A stretch of 64,000 bases of DNA from Eledone cirrhosa (Eukaryota): contig OZ024760.1 in NCBI GenBank assembly GCA_964016885.1, forward strand, positions 4,464,001 through 4,528,000. The letters run 5' to 3'. Shown piece after piece: positions 38,791 to 51,286 of this stretch; the stretch's first letter is position 1, and each line of letters opens with the position of its first letter. The position numbers were made by a program, and so were the translations under genes. Below the pieces are notes generated by a model. It had not been told where the DNA came from. It saw only the letters and a program-made list of their open reading frames with translations, and did no database searches.

Positions 38791-39207
38791 TTACATAATA
38801 TTGAATCTATGCAACAGCAAGGGAGACACACTGGAACAACCACTCCATTCCGATAGCAGGCATGTGGTCTAGGGGCCAAGAGCGCCGGAAGTCTCCACCA
38901 CAAACATCAGGGTGTGGTATAAAACTTAAGCCAGTTAGCCTGGCTGGCACCCGAACACACCAGGTCGTTACTAGAGAGAAACCACGAAACACTACTATGA
39001 TAGCATAATTGAGATCTTTATAAAATATTGTAATACTTCTTATAAATATAGCTTTGCATTTAACTCTCAACATCTTGCACCACATGTAAAACCCTTAACA
39101 CGACACCCTTGAAAACTATAAAACAGCATTATGACTGCATCACATTAAATGTGTTCACACTGATCTATAACAACCAACCATCTGATTGTTCAGAATACTT
39201 TGTAGGG

Positions 39208-39403
39208 CAGAGGTTCTCAAACCTCAAACATTTTGGGCCACCGTTCGCCCCTCACGGCTACGTAATACCCCCTCCCCCATTTCCAGAGAGACCTGCCTAC
39301 ACGCAAATTGTAATATAATATATTTTTTATTTTACTATATATATAATATGAATCATTTGATATTTAATATCATCCGGGATAACACCCACTTTGAGAACTT
39401 CTG
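39208..39403. mobile_element. hAT MITE
   Basis: TIRs CAGAGGTTCTCAAA / TTTGAGAACTTCTG with an 8-bp TSD TTGTAGGG. Confidence 0.85.
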
Positions 39404-42400
39404 TTGTAGGGCATGCACCCTATGATCAGAACCACTAACCAGGTCACTACTGAACTTCACACACATATCTATGTAAGTTGTGTTTCTGTCATGTCTGACA
39501 TGGGTGTTCTCCAATTGATTCAATCAACAGAACTGCCTGCTCATGAAATTAATGTGTAGGCAGCCAAACATTCTACAGACGTGTACTCCGTTAACGTAAT
39601 TCTTGGGGAGATTCGGCATGACAAGTAGCAATGTAAAACAAAAAGGCATGCTCATTCATGGACACAACACACTGCCTAGTTCAGGAACTGAACCCTTGAC
39701 CTTATGATCGTGAACCAGGAATAAACTAACCACCAATGAACTACATAACATATTTAAAACACAGAAATGTGAGCGAGAAATGTGCTAGAAACAGAAAATA
39801 GAAACACTTATGAACAAAACTAAGATAAGAGAGTTTAGTTAAAAACTGGAGTTATCTAAACCTAGCAACAAAGGTTTACTGGGTGCTGTGAGAGTATATG
39901 AATGTAAATGAACTCCCACTGACAGCTTTACAGCACTGATTAGTTGTGGATTCATAGTAGTAAGTAAAAAAGAGCTAAATCTTCTGGGTGTGGCATTGGT
40001 TTATTACAGTTAATATTCGCAATACATATGAACTACTGAAGCAATAAGAGAATAAAGCAAGTAGTGGATCTGATTCCACAAACTACGAGCAGATTAAAAT
40101 GCAACCAGTACACACTATATAGTGGCAGTGCTGGTGCCATGATAAAATGCACTCAATACACAGAATATCCCAAGATGAACTGGTGGCAGACAATCGACAG
40201 AGACCTGAAACCCATCAACAAAAGTTGGAACGATGTATAGATAGAAGCAACTGACCATGGTCATTGGAGCACTTTGGCTGCCTCATGCATCTCACGATGC
40301 ATGAAGCAGCGGTACTGTCGCAATAAACTGCACCCAGTACACACTGTAAAGTGGCATTGCTAGTGCCATGATAAAAGTCACTGAGTACACTATGTAAAGT
40401 GATTGGTGTTAGGAAAGCTATCATCCAGCTGTAGAAATCATGTCAAACTGGAACACAAGCAAGATGTCTCAGAAACAGGACTACCCATCCCAGTATAGAA
40501 CACACATGTAAAACAGTGATGATGAGTAATATTAACCCTTTAGCATTTGCATTACTCTATATATATTACTGTATTTTCATGGTAAAAACTTTACCCCACA
40601 TAATATGGAATCTATGAGATTTTGATATTTATTTTGAGAAAAATACTATAACATTAGTAAGAGTGGCTGGTTACAGCTGGTTTAAATGCTAAAGGACTAA
40701 TAGCTGCCATTAGTTGTGCAGAAAGAAATGAGTGCGTAGGCCAAGTAGATATGACAGCAATATGGTGAACACTGGATCAAGACAAGACCGATGAAGGGCC
40801 GACAGTTGATGGCAACATATGTCTGGGATATTGCTGGAACCTCTAGGATTAGCCTTTAGCATTTAAACCAATCACATCCAGCCAGAATTCTCTCACCTCT
40901 TTCTGCCCAAACCAGCCACAACTGGCCACTCACACTGATGTTCTCAAAATCTCATAGATTCAATATTATGTGAGATAAAGCCTTTACCACAAAAATACAA
41001 TAGTAAATATAGAGTAATGTAAAATGCTAAAGGGTTAAAAAGACTGCATAGGGCAACCAAACATTCCGATAATCTGGCACTACACCAAAGAAATATACAT
41101 ACCCAATATTGTGTATAACCCAGTAATATGTAAACGCTGGTTATATGCACTTCCAGATGCCAACTCCTAGTCTAACCCTTTTGATACCAACCCACCCATT
41201 TTAACCCTTTAGTATTTAAACTAGCCGTATCTGACCAGAATTATCTCACCCCTTTCCGTTCATACTGCCAGTCATATATATAGAATAATGTAAATGCTAA
41301 AGGGTTAAACCGACCACTCGTACTGATGTTAAGGTATTGTCCTCAAAATAAATAACACCAGAATCTCCTAGATTCGATATTATGTAAGATAAAGCCTTTA
41401 ATAGTAAATATAGAATGATGTAAATGCTAAAGGGTTAAAGGGATTCTGCTTAAATTAAAACCCCCCAACATAATTTTATATAAGGACATTGTTATGTTAC
41501 AAATACCTTAATGAAATTTTAATTCCAGTAAATCCTTTCTAATGTCTCCATCAAGACCTTCACCCATAAAACACTGCCTCAAAATGCATCCTATCCACCT
41601 CACACTAGCATGGAAAAATGGCTATAAAAACAATGTTGAGGGAAGGGGACGGAATTAAAGAAAAATGGAAAAAAAAATGTCTAATTACAAATGTTATTTA
41701 CTTAATTGATAATCAAGATGTGCTCTACAATAATTTTCTTTTAATTAACAGACTTAATAACTTTAAACACACTGCCCAACCCAACCCCCTCCCACACCAT
41801 CAACTAATATAAAATCCTGGTGCATTTGTTGTCACACACTAGAGATGACTGAGGAAGGAAGGGGTATCTAACACACACACACACACATCTATGTAATGAC
41901 CAGGAAGGGGTATGTGTGAGAGAAACTATAGAAGTCCAGCGTTCTCATTGTGTGAATGAGCGCAGAAGAACCAACCAACAAACAAACATATCTTTTTTAT
42001 ATTATGTATAGATATTACAATTAGCAGTCATTTTTGATGGCACAGGACCAGCTAGTTCACCTAATATTTACACAACTTTTCCTCTAAGCTTTGCACATAA
42101 AGTAGAGATCAGCAAAGTCAGACATACAAATTCAGAGAAGTGTAGAAGTGAAGTAACTTGGTTGAACACACACTGGTGAATATATAACCCAGGACTCCAA
42201 ACAAAGCTTCAAGACAGTTTCTCTGTAAGGGCCTTAATCAACAAAGTTATGACAACACACAGAAGTGTAGTGGCTTGGTTGAACACATACTGGTGAACCC
42301 AGAAGTCCAAAAATTGCTTCGTATTGGTGCAAGCCTCTCTCCTTCCACCCATCACATTCTGGATGATCCGCTGGATCAAGAAAGGGGGAATTCGAGAGAA

Positions 42401-42927
42401 TGCCTTGTGATTGCATGGCCCCCCATGGTAAATACTACCAAACCATACTCAATTACAAGTGATGGCATAACATATACAGATACAATCTTCGATAGATGTG
42501 TAATGTTAACAAATGACGGCATGACAGCTGTAATTTTATACATATATAGATGCATCCTTCCACAGATCACAACAAAATTTGGGTTTAAGAGGAATCAGAA
42601 GTAGCACGCAAGAGAGAAGACTGCACTGATATGGACATGTGATATAGATGGATGATAATCACTGGGTGAAGAAGTGCCAGGAAATCCCAGTGAAAACAAG
42701 CCAGAGTAGAGGAACACCAAGTAAGATCTGGGCTGAGGTGATGAGAGCTGATCTCAAAGGATTCTTGCAACTTATGCAAGCATGGAAAACTGGACATAAA
42801 ATAATGATGAAGATATATGTGTGAGTGAAAAGGTGCTTGCAATGGACCCTGGTGCCAAACCCAAGAAATCTTTAAAAATCTTGGGATCTAAACAATATAT
42901 TTTCACATTATTTTAGCTATCTATGGA

Positions 42928-43260
42928 GGCACATGGCTTAGTGGTTAGAGCATTGGCCTTGCAATCGAAAGGTTGTGAGTTCAATTCTCAGACCAGGTGA
43001 TGTGTTGTTTCCTTGAGCAAGACACTTTATTTCGCATTGCTCCAGTTTACTCAGCTGTAGAAATGAGATGATAGGGACTGGGGTCCATATCATTCCACTG
43101 CAAAGTGGTCGTGGAGGTGCCATGGCAAAAAAGCACCCAGCACTCACTGTAAATGAGGTTGGTGTTAGGAAGGGCATCCAGCTGTAGAAATCAAGCCAGA
43201 ATCAGTTCCCGTCCCACCCTTGCAAGCAGGGAAAAGCGGACGTAAAATGATGATGATGAT
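42928..43260 (+). mobile_element. Second tRNA-derived SINE family (CORE-like centre), here followed by an RTE-derived tail
   Basis: A box TGGCTTAGTGG, B box GTTCAATTC, centre CCTTGAGCAAGACACTTTA; 43095-43260 matches the RTE 3' UTR and (GAT)n. Related heads at 4057-4160, 4600-4660 and 30615-30730. Confidence 0.7.
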
Positions 43261-46200
43261 TATTTTAGCTATCTACCCTCTGACTCAAAATCCCACCAAA
43301 GTTATCTTTGGGGTTGATAAAACGAAGTATTAATCGAAGGTGGTAGATTGACAGAATTGTTTAACCCTTATACATTTAAACCGGCCAGAATTATCTCACC
43401 TCTTTCTGTTCAAACTTATTTTAAGGTAGTGTTTTCAAAATAAACAATAGCAAAATCTCAGATTCAATATTATGTGAAATAATGTGTACTGTGAAAATAT
43501 AAAAGTAAATAGAGAGTAATGTAAATGCTAAAGGGTTAACCATGCTTTGCAATATTTACTCCAGCTCTTTGCGTTCTGAGTTCAAATCCCAGGGTGGTCC
43601 ATAGACATTCCATCAGCTGGTCTAACACCACCACCTAGCCTATAGCTACATTTGGCAAAGTCCACTCTGTTGCAAACATTTAGACCAAGTCTTATACGTT
43701 CACACACCTCCTCAATCTTATACAAGTTTCAGAGGCTGTGAAAAGGGCCATGGACACTACCTTCCTCTTCCTAAATAAAAGTACGTGTTTTCCACAGCTA
43801 GTCAATTGTAGGTAACATTTCCGTAACAAACCATGTAGAAACAGTCAATAGCTTATTCACTAGATTATTCTATGTCCACGACACACAAGTAGTTGAATGC
43901 ATCACTAAGGCACACAAATGAATACATCTCCCTCACATGCTAAACAATGTAGGTTCAAACAATATATCATTAATTTCGATTCACACTGGAAGGCAGTATT
44001 AAAACAGAAAGCGAGCCCCTCATCCAATTAAATCTGTCACCTTCTTTCAGAAAGCAAGCCCCCATCCAATTAAACCCACCACTCAAGTCACCTACATAGC
44101 ACTATTCAATAGTTTAGGACATATTACATGAAGAGGGAAGAAGTCTTCAGCCATCACCCAGCAGTTAACAATATATTCTAAATACTTCTTTAAAATCTAA
44201 CCACAGAGATAATACTTTGTTCTAAACATCTCTTGTTCAGCTCGCCATGTGAATAAAAATGTACCTGCTGTTTTGTTTTTAATTCAAGGCAATTTTAACT
44301 AAACACTACTCAATTACAGCAAAATTGTACTAAACCAGGCCTGCAAATGTGGCAACAAGCGAGACACAAACATCTCATTAAATAAATGCAAATTACAAGC
44401 GTTGTGTCGTGGGTAGAATGAAATCAACTATTGTATCACACTCAATTGCCACAAGCAAAATGTTTATATTATATAAAAAACAACAACAAAAGCAATCACA
44501 CCACCCCTAAACATTCGATGTTTAAGGGGTAATACACACATTTATTAACAGGTTTGACTTAGTTCCGGGACTACAAGCGGTTTCAAGACAAAAACATGCC
44601 CAAATCGCCATTTCCATGTAGTCACACATGATGTGTTGATGTTTTTTTTTTTGTTTGAACCCCAAACTATATATATATATATATATAAGTGACAAACTAG
44701 CGCATACCTTTCTAGGTACTCTGAGTTTCCAGGCAACTTTCCGATCGATGACAACCTTGCTTTGGGAAACTCGGAGTACTTAGGAAGGTATACGCTAGTT
44801 TACCATGTATTTTATCTTCTATGATTACATATTGAGGGCTCTTTCTTTAGTGATTATAACCACACATTCAGGCAACAATATATATATATATACACACACA
44901 CATACATACATACATACATACACAGCTTAAGCAAATACTACAATTATCATGAAAATTAAATAGAGTAAGGAAAAGTACTCAAGTACTCGTGGGTGGCAGG
45001 CAGCACGTCCGGTAGAAATGAACAGACTAGTTTAGCATGTAACATATAGAGGGGTGTTGGTATTGAGAGAGGGAGAAGGAGTAAAGAAAGAAGGAAGACG
45101 AAGAAAAGGAAAACGAAACAGTGTATGAAATGGTGGGGTGTCTGCCAAACAAGGCATCAACATAGAAATACGCCAGCATAAGGGTTAGGAGGGGGCGAAA
45201 TAAAAACACACCTCGATACACACACGTGGTGAACTGTATTTTATTTATTTATTCATTTATAGCCTTTGAAGGTATAACAGAAGTTCACCATAAAATATGG
45301 AAACGATGTCAATATATATATATATAAAACCAATTGTTAGTAATGTTTTAAAATTATTTTGATTAAAGTGCACGCGATTAGACGATGGTGGGGACTAAAC
45401 ATCCTCCATTTCTAGGACTATTTGCAGTTCGGTAAAGTTCACAAAATGAGAGCATGAGTGAAAAATACGGAGGTAGAAGTGAACACTGAAATGTTTTGAC
45501 TGGGGAACTTCGCTAGTAGACTCAACCTCAGAAGCCCCGCTTCCATAACCAGTAACATTTCACCTATATATATATACATATATGAATAAAATGGTTGGAG
45601 ATCTTTTTACCGACTACTACATCGTGCAGATTGTGCGCCTGTCCACCTACAACCTCTATTTTCTGGTTCAATACAGAAGAGGGGGGGAAAAAAGAGAGAC
45701 AAAAGTAGAAATCTTTGTAGTTCGAGAAATATGTCTGAAGACAGACGACTATCACAGTCTGCTGCTGTAGAGTCTATATATAGACCTTCGTCTTACCTTT
45801 CACACTAACTAGCTATGGTTTCTTTCTATCTCCCCTTAAATTAATGATCTCCTAAAGTTTAATACGTAACATCATCCTTTATTATGAAGATCTTATGACC
45901 AACAATACTTTCCAACCTGTATGTAAGTAACCAGCTCAGTTTACTTGTCGGATGAAGACATAGATACTGTGTGGTGATGTTCACCCCGCTTCAACATGCC
46001 CTCGTAAGTGATGTAAAATTTACCCCAATATCCGTATTTATTCCACATTGCCATTAAAACAGGAGCTGCCCTAACTTAGACACGAAACCGGGACTGCAGA
46101 ATCATTTAGTCAAGAACATCGGCGCACGATAACGCCGGAGCCTCTATGTGGCTACTCGACCGGCTAGAAACAGCAGCCAACTCTTCGTGATGGATTCCCT

Positions 46201-49200
46201 GCACACAGGGAGGAAAAACAACCCCCAGAATGCTTGTGATCATAGGCTTGCTCAATACGGACTGACCCAGGGCTAAACAACCTCTCATGCCGACATTTCA
46301 AAATCTCTAGCAGATATCGATGAATCACACATTCAGTCTGATCGGTCTTTGATTTATATTCCCAGAGATCTCTACAACGGAAATACTAGTACGCATATAT
46401 ATATGTATGTGTGTGAGAATGAACAATGGGAGTGTAAATTAGCCCACACTACAAGTGTGTAGTGTGAAAGAGTGTATGTGTATGTCTATTGTTCCAGCTA
46501 GTTATTACGTTTAGCAGCCAAAGATAGACATAAACACTATCTTCGTCTTATTTGCTTTCTTTAGTTTACTCCATTAAAGAACAACTACAGAAGGGAGAGG
46601 AGAAAGAAGACCTAAGAAGATATAAGGAGTAAGACGAGGACAGACTGAAGGTGAGGAAGAGCAATAGTAAGAGGTGGAGAAAGAGGGAGAGAGGAACTAA
46701 TAAAATATAATAAAAAGAGGAAGACGGACTGAGAGTGAGGAGAGCAACACTATGTGAGACAGAGAGAGAAAATCAGAGAAATGATAATAAAGACAATGAG
46801 AAAGTTAAGTGAAACAACAATAGCGTACATGTTGACTAAGAGCACGGGTGGACCGTGAGAAGTTGGATTTAAATACACAAGGTATCTTTCTCACCGTTTA
46901 GAAATAAATCACCACTACACACAAGAAAAAGGCATTCACACCACAACCTCAAATCACACTCACTGCAATAAGCCATTTTATTTTATTCTTCTAACTCCTG
47001 TTTCTACAAGAAGGGGAAAAAAAGTAGAAAAACTCGCTCAACCTCTGTTTTTCACACGAAATATGTGTATATAAGCGACAAACCAGAGATGATACTTCAA
47101 ATCATTTTATTAACGTCTACGCACATTACAATTTAATTTTCATGTTACCAGCTAATGTTAAAATACCCTCAGGACATATCTGCGAAATTAAGTGTCTTGA
47201 AAAAAATTTACTACGATTTTTTTTATATATGTATAAATCCTAACGAAAACAAATTTTGTTTAGTGTCTTACAAAAAGAAACTAGAGGAGGAGCCAAGCGT
47301 GAACATTTGTAAAGTGTAGTTTACACACTCAAACCTACATTTTACTAATAAACAAATAATCAAAGGCTCATAGAATACCAGGAGCCAAGAAGCCCCATTA
47401 AGTGGAGCGAGAAAAAAAAAAAGATACAAGCCACCTTATTTACTGTTCACCCATAAAATGCTAAAGTATTTGAATTAACAAGTATATAAATGTTTTAAAG
47501 ATATTCTCTGCCAAATCGTTTCATGTCGATATTTCTCATGAACATTGATGATTTTCAAATGATCAAAGAATTTCGAGGGATTTAATAATATAACAAACTT
47601 TCTCATTAAGTTGATGTTTGGAACATAACTTAAAGGTTCTTACGTAAAATTACGATTCAAAGATTTTAGATAAATATAAACACTTAAGGGGATTTAATCG
47701 AATATACACTGAGCTCCCCAGTGCATTACTGGTCTCCCTTTGACCGACCGCGACGTTTACTAAGTACTGTCCTATTTCATAACGCAAACTTACAATTAGA
47801 TATAAATAAATTTGATTGGCTCTTATTTTATCGATCTTGGAGGGGTGAAAAAATGATGAGACAAAAATAAATATAAAGAATTTTTTGTGTCATTCTACCA
47901 TTTAACAATTGTTTCTACTTTTGGCACAAGGCCAGCAATTATTCTAGTGTATTACTGGTACTTTATTTTATCGACCCCGTAAGGATAAAAGGCAAAGTTA
48001 ACCTCGGCGGGATTTGAACTCAGACCATAATGATTTCTACACAAGGCCAGCAATTTTGGGGAAAGGAAAGTCGATTAAATCAACCCAGTAATTGGCTGGT
48101 ACTTTATTTCATTGTTCCAGAAAGGAAAGGGCAAAATTGACCTCAACGGGGTTTGAACTTGCTCGACGCTCTAACAATTTTGCCAATTCAAAGCTCTTAA
48201 TAATAATAATAATAACGATGATAATTTCTTTATTAACCACACGCCCTGTGTGGTTAATAAAGAAATTATCATCGTTATTATTATTATTAAGAGCTCATTA
48301 AGACGGCAGCAACCAACAATAATAATAAAAACTTTGTTGAGTGGTAATTTGAGAAAGTCGAAAGAATGTCAGCCTTCATACATCAATTGACGGCCCGACT
48401 AAAGCCTAGTCAGTCGACCCAGCTGTGAAATAAGTCTCATCTATAAATAAGCGACAGACATAAGAGAGAGATTAAAAATGAAAGTTTTTGTTCTGCCGCA
48501 GCGCTCTATTTCAAAATCCTCACATCATGAGGAGCTTAGCTTGTAGTAAGGCAACAGGAAACCTAACCCATGTGAACCACCAACCCACCCAGCCCCAAAA
48601 GATATCCTGATATATCAAATTCAAGAGTCCGATCTCACCAAGCACATTTTCAATACTATAAAGGGGAAAAGGAAATAAAAACAGACTAATTATATAAATT
48701 TGACTACCGCAAATTATTTGCATCTCGCTATTTCATCGAGAACAGAACGGCATGCTTTCTTGTGTTTAACATTGAAGCCAAGAAAATTTCAATTGGAGTG
48801 AGGAAGATGCTTAAAGGTATCAATGGTGAGGTGGTCTTTAAGCCTTTCTCATCAAAACATTAACGATAGAAGGGACAAGGCCCGAACCAATATACGCACA
48901 CATCACCCCCACCCCCCATCTATCTGGGAAGTCCAACTTTAGTACTGACTTCGTCAGTGAAGACCCGTTCAACCCTTGCTAGACATTAAATGAAGATGAT
49001 GATGATGAGATAAAATAATAACCCATAATTCGATTTAATACGCATGATTTTAAAATTTTCTCCAACCCCATGGTGTTTAGTAACAAGGTCGTGGTGGTGG
49101 TAGTGGCGGCAGAATGAAAGGTGAACAATTTGACGATGGCGGAGGAAAGGTTAAAGAATTAAAGGAAGGTACGGGATGATTATCAGTTGGTGGACGGGGC

Positions 49201-49297
49201 TGTGATGGTAGTGGTGGAAAGATAAAGCAAAGAAAGGCAGGAAGATTATCTACATTGACGACTGATTTTAACTTTAACATGCAACTGATCAAATATA

Positions 49298-49328
<31 letters not shown>

Positions 49329-50561
49329 AGACTGCAAAAATAGAATACACACTAATATAAATAGGTTCTCAGTGTTATTTATGTGTTAAATATAAAACGT
49401 AACCCTTCCCCAGTCCATATTCTGCACACTGATCTAATCACATTTAAAACATGTGGAGTCGGGAACTAAGAATAGCTATCTATCATTACCATGTGAAAAC
49501 GGACATCAGATATATAGATATACAAATAAAACATCATCTAACTAATAAAGAACATAGTCATCTATTACTGTATACATTATTGTAAGGATTCTGTCCTACG
49601 AATAAGCTTTTACCGCTTCTCATTTGTTATCGAAACGGTCGGTAAAAGATTAACCGTAGAGCAGATAATCTTTATAATATTTACACTAATTTTCTTAAAT
49701 ATAAAGTACTACCAAGTTAAATAATGGTCTTAACTGGTAACATCTCATCCATATATATAATACACAAGAGAGAGTGTGTAGTATCCATATTGTTAACTGA
49801 AGTTAAAATATTCAGGACTGGATTTCAAACGAGAAAAGTGGCGAGGAATTTTATCTCTACAGTAAGGATATGGTAGAGTGATTAAGCCAGACATCGTATA
49901 TCTTCAAACATAATCATTAAACACACCCGCTTATATATGCATATATATATAATATATATATATCCTAACTTTAGTCGAGCGTTACCAGAATTATTAATAA
50001 GCATGGTTTTAAGTTTTTACTTTAAAATATTAAGGCGCTTAAAGTACAGGTTACTAGATAGTAAAATTTAAATAAATAAAAAAAAAAGATCGCTTTATCC
50101 CCTTTGGCAATTTATATCTACTTTTACAATTTATGAATATATTCAATAATTTAGATGAATAAAAAGATTTTACGGACGATTTTGTAGTACAAACTTACAG
50201 ATTACATTACATATATATATACACACGCACTCAGATTTAGCCTCGATATAATTATAGCTTTGTCAAAATAAGTAATAATGTACATATACACAATAAATAC
50301 ATATTTATATTACCATTATATTTAGACACACATTATATATTTTACACCACATGTGACTGTACAGCTATGACACTTTTCACTAAGAAAAAACCTGAATCCA
50401 CGATCATTTTTTTTTTAATGTGTTCGTAATTTTTACCTAGATTTCATAAACAGTTTGATATCTATTTCCTTTTTTCTGAAAATAAAATAAATTATAGGTA
50501 TTAGGTCCCCATCGCTCGTATAGTTTTGCCCAAATAGCTGTTAAGGGTGGCAAGTACTTAC

Positions 50562-50619
50562 CCGAAGAAAAGTTCGCCAATTGAACAAGAAATTCCACGA
50601 GGGTAGAGATAGAAGAAGC
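50562..50619 (-). other. BTF3: Probable non-coding first exon of BTF3 with a 5'-TOP-like pyrimidine start
   Basis: Strong donor GG|GTAAGT (50561-50556). Pyrimidine run CTTCTTCTATCTCT at the exon's 5' end. Adjacent TGACGTCA (50636-50643) and CCAAT (50631-50635). Linkage to the 38195 acceptor is inferred. Confidence 0.55.
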
Positions 50620-51286
50620 AAGACTAAAAGATTGGTGACGTCAGAAGAATGTGTTAACTAACCCCGAAACTAAAGTCCAAATATTAAATTCAACATAGTT
50701 TTGTGTTGTTATTTTAATCATATATATTTGACTGTTTATGAGTAATAGCTATAGTCAAATGAGGTGCATATGTATGCACGTTTGCTGCAAGTTATCGAAT
50801 TAAAATTGAAATATATTTCACTATGGTTCTAGTTCTCCTCCCCCTTGTTCCCCTATCTCTGTATATTTATTCATACACATTTTTAATATATCGTTGAGGG
50901 CATAAAGTATAATGTAAAAATATTTGAGGGAGGAGGGGAAAAGGGTGTTGTTTTAATTATTTTGTTCATTTATGTAATTAACTTCGTCATTATCATCTGA
51001 GCGCCATAAGAAAGGGAGGAGAAAGAGGTAAGATATAAGAGACAGAAGGAGAGGTTAGAGGCTATATGTGTTATTTGTCAACAACGTCACTATTTATTGG
51101 CGGGAAAACGTGTTGAATCGTCAGTAAGGAATTGAGAGCCGGACCAGATTTTCTTAAATACCCACACAATCAAAGGAGAAAAATAGTATACAAACAGAAA
51201 AAAAACAAGCATTCTACAAAGGCTTGAAAATAATAATAATAACACAGTCCAAGAGGGAAGTTCTTTGTGTACCTAAGCCAACAGCT
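50620..51286. promoter_or_regulatory. Probable bidirectional promoter between BTF3 and NASP
   Basis: Under 700 bp between divergent first exons. Contains a CRE palindrome (50636-50643), CCAAT (50631-50635), a half CRE ACGTCA (about 51084) and an E2F consensus TTGGCGGGAAAA (51097-51108) about 180 bp upstream of the NASP ATG. Confidence 0.55.
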
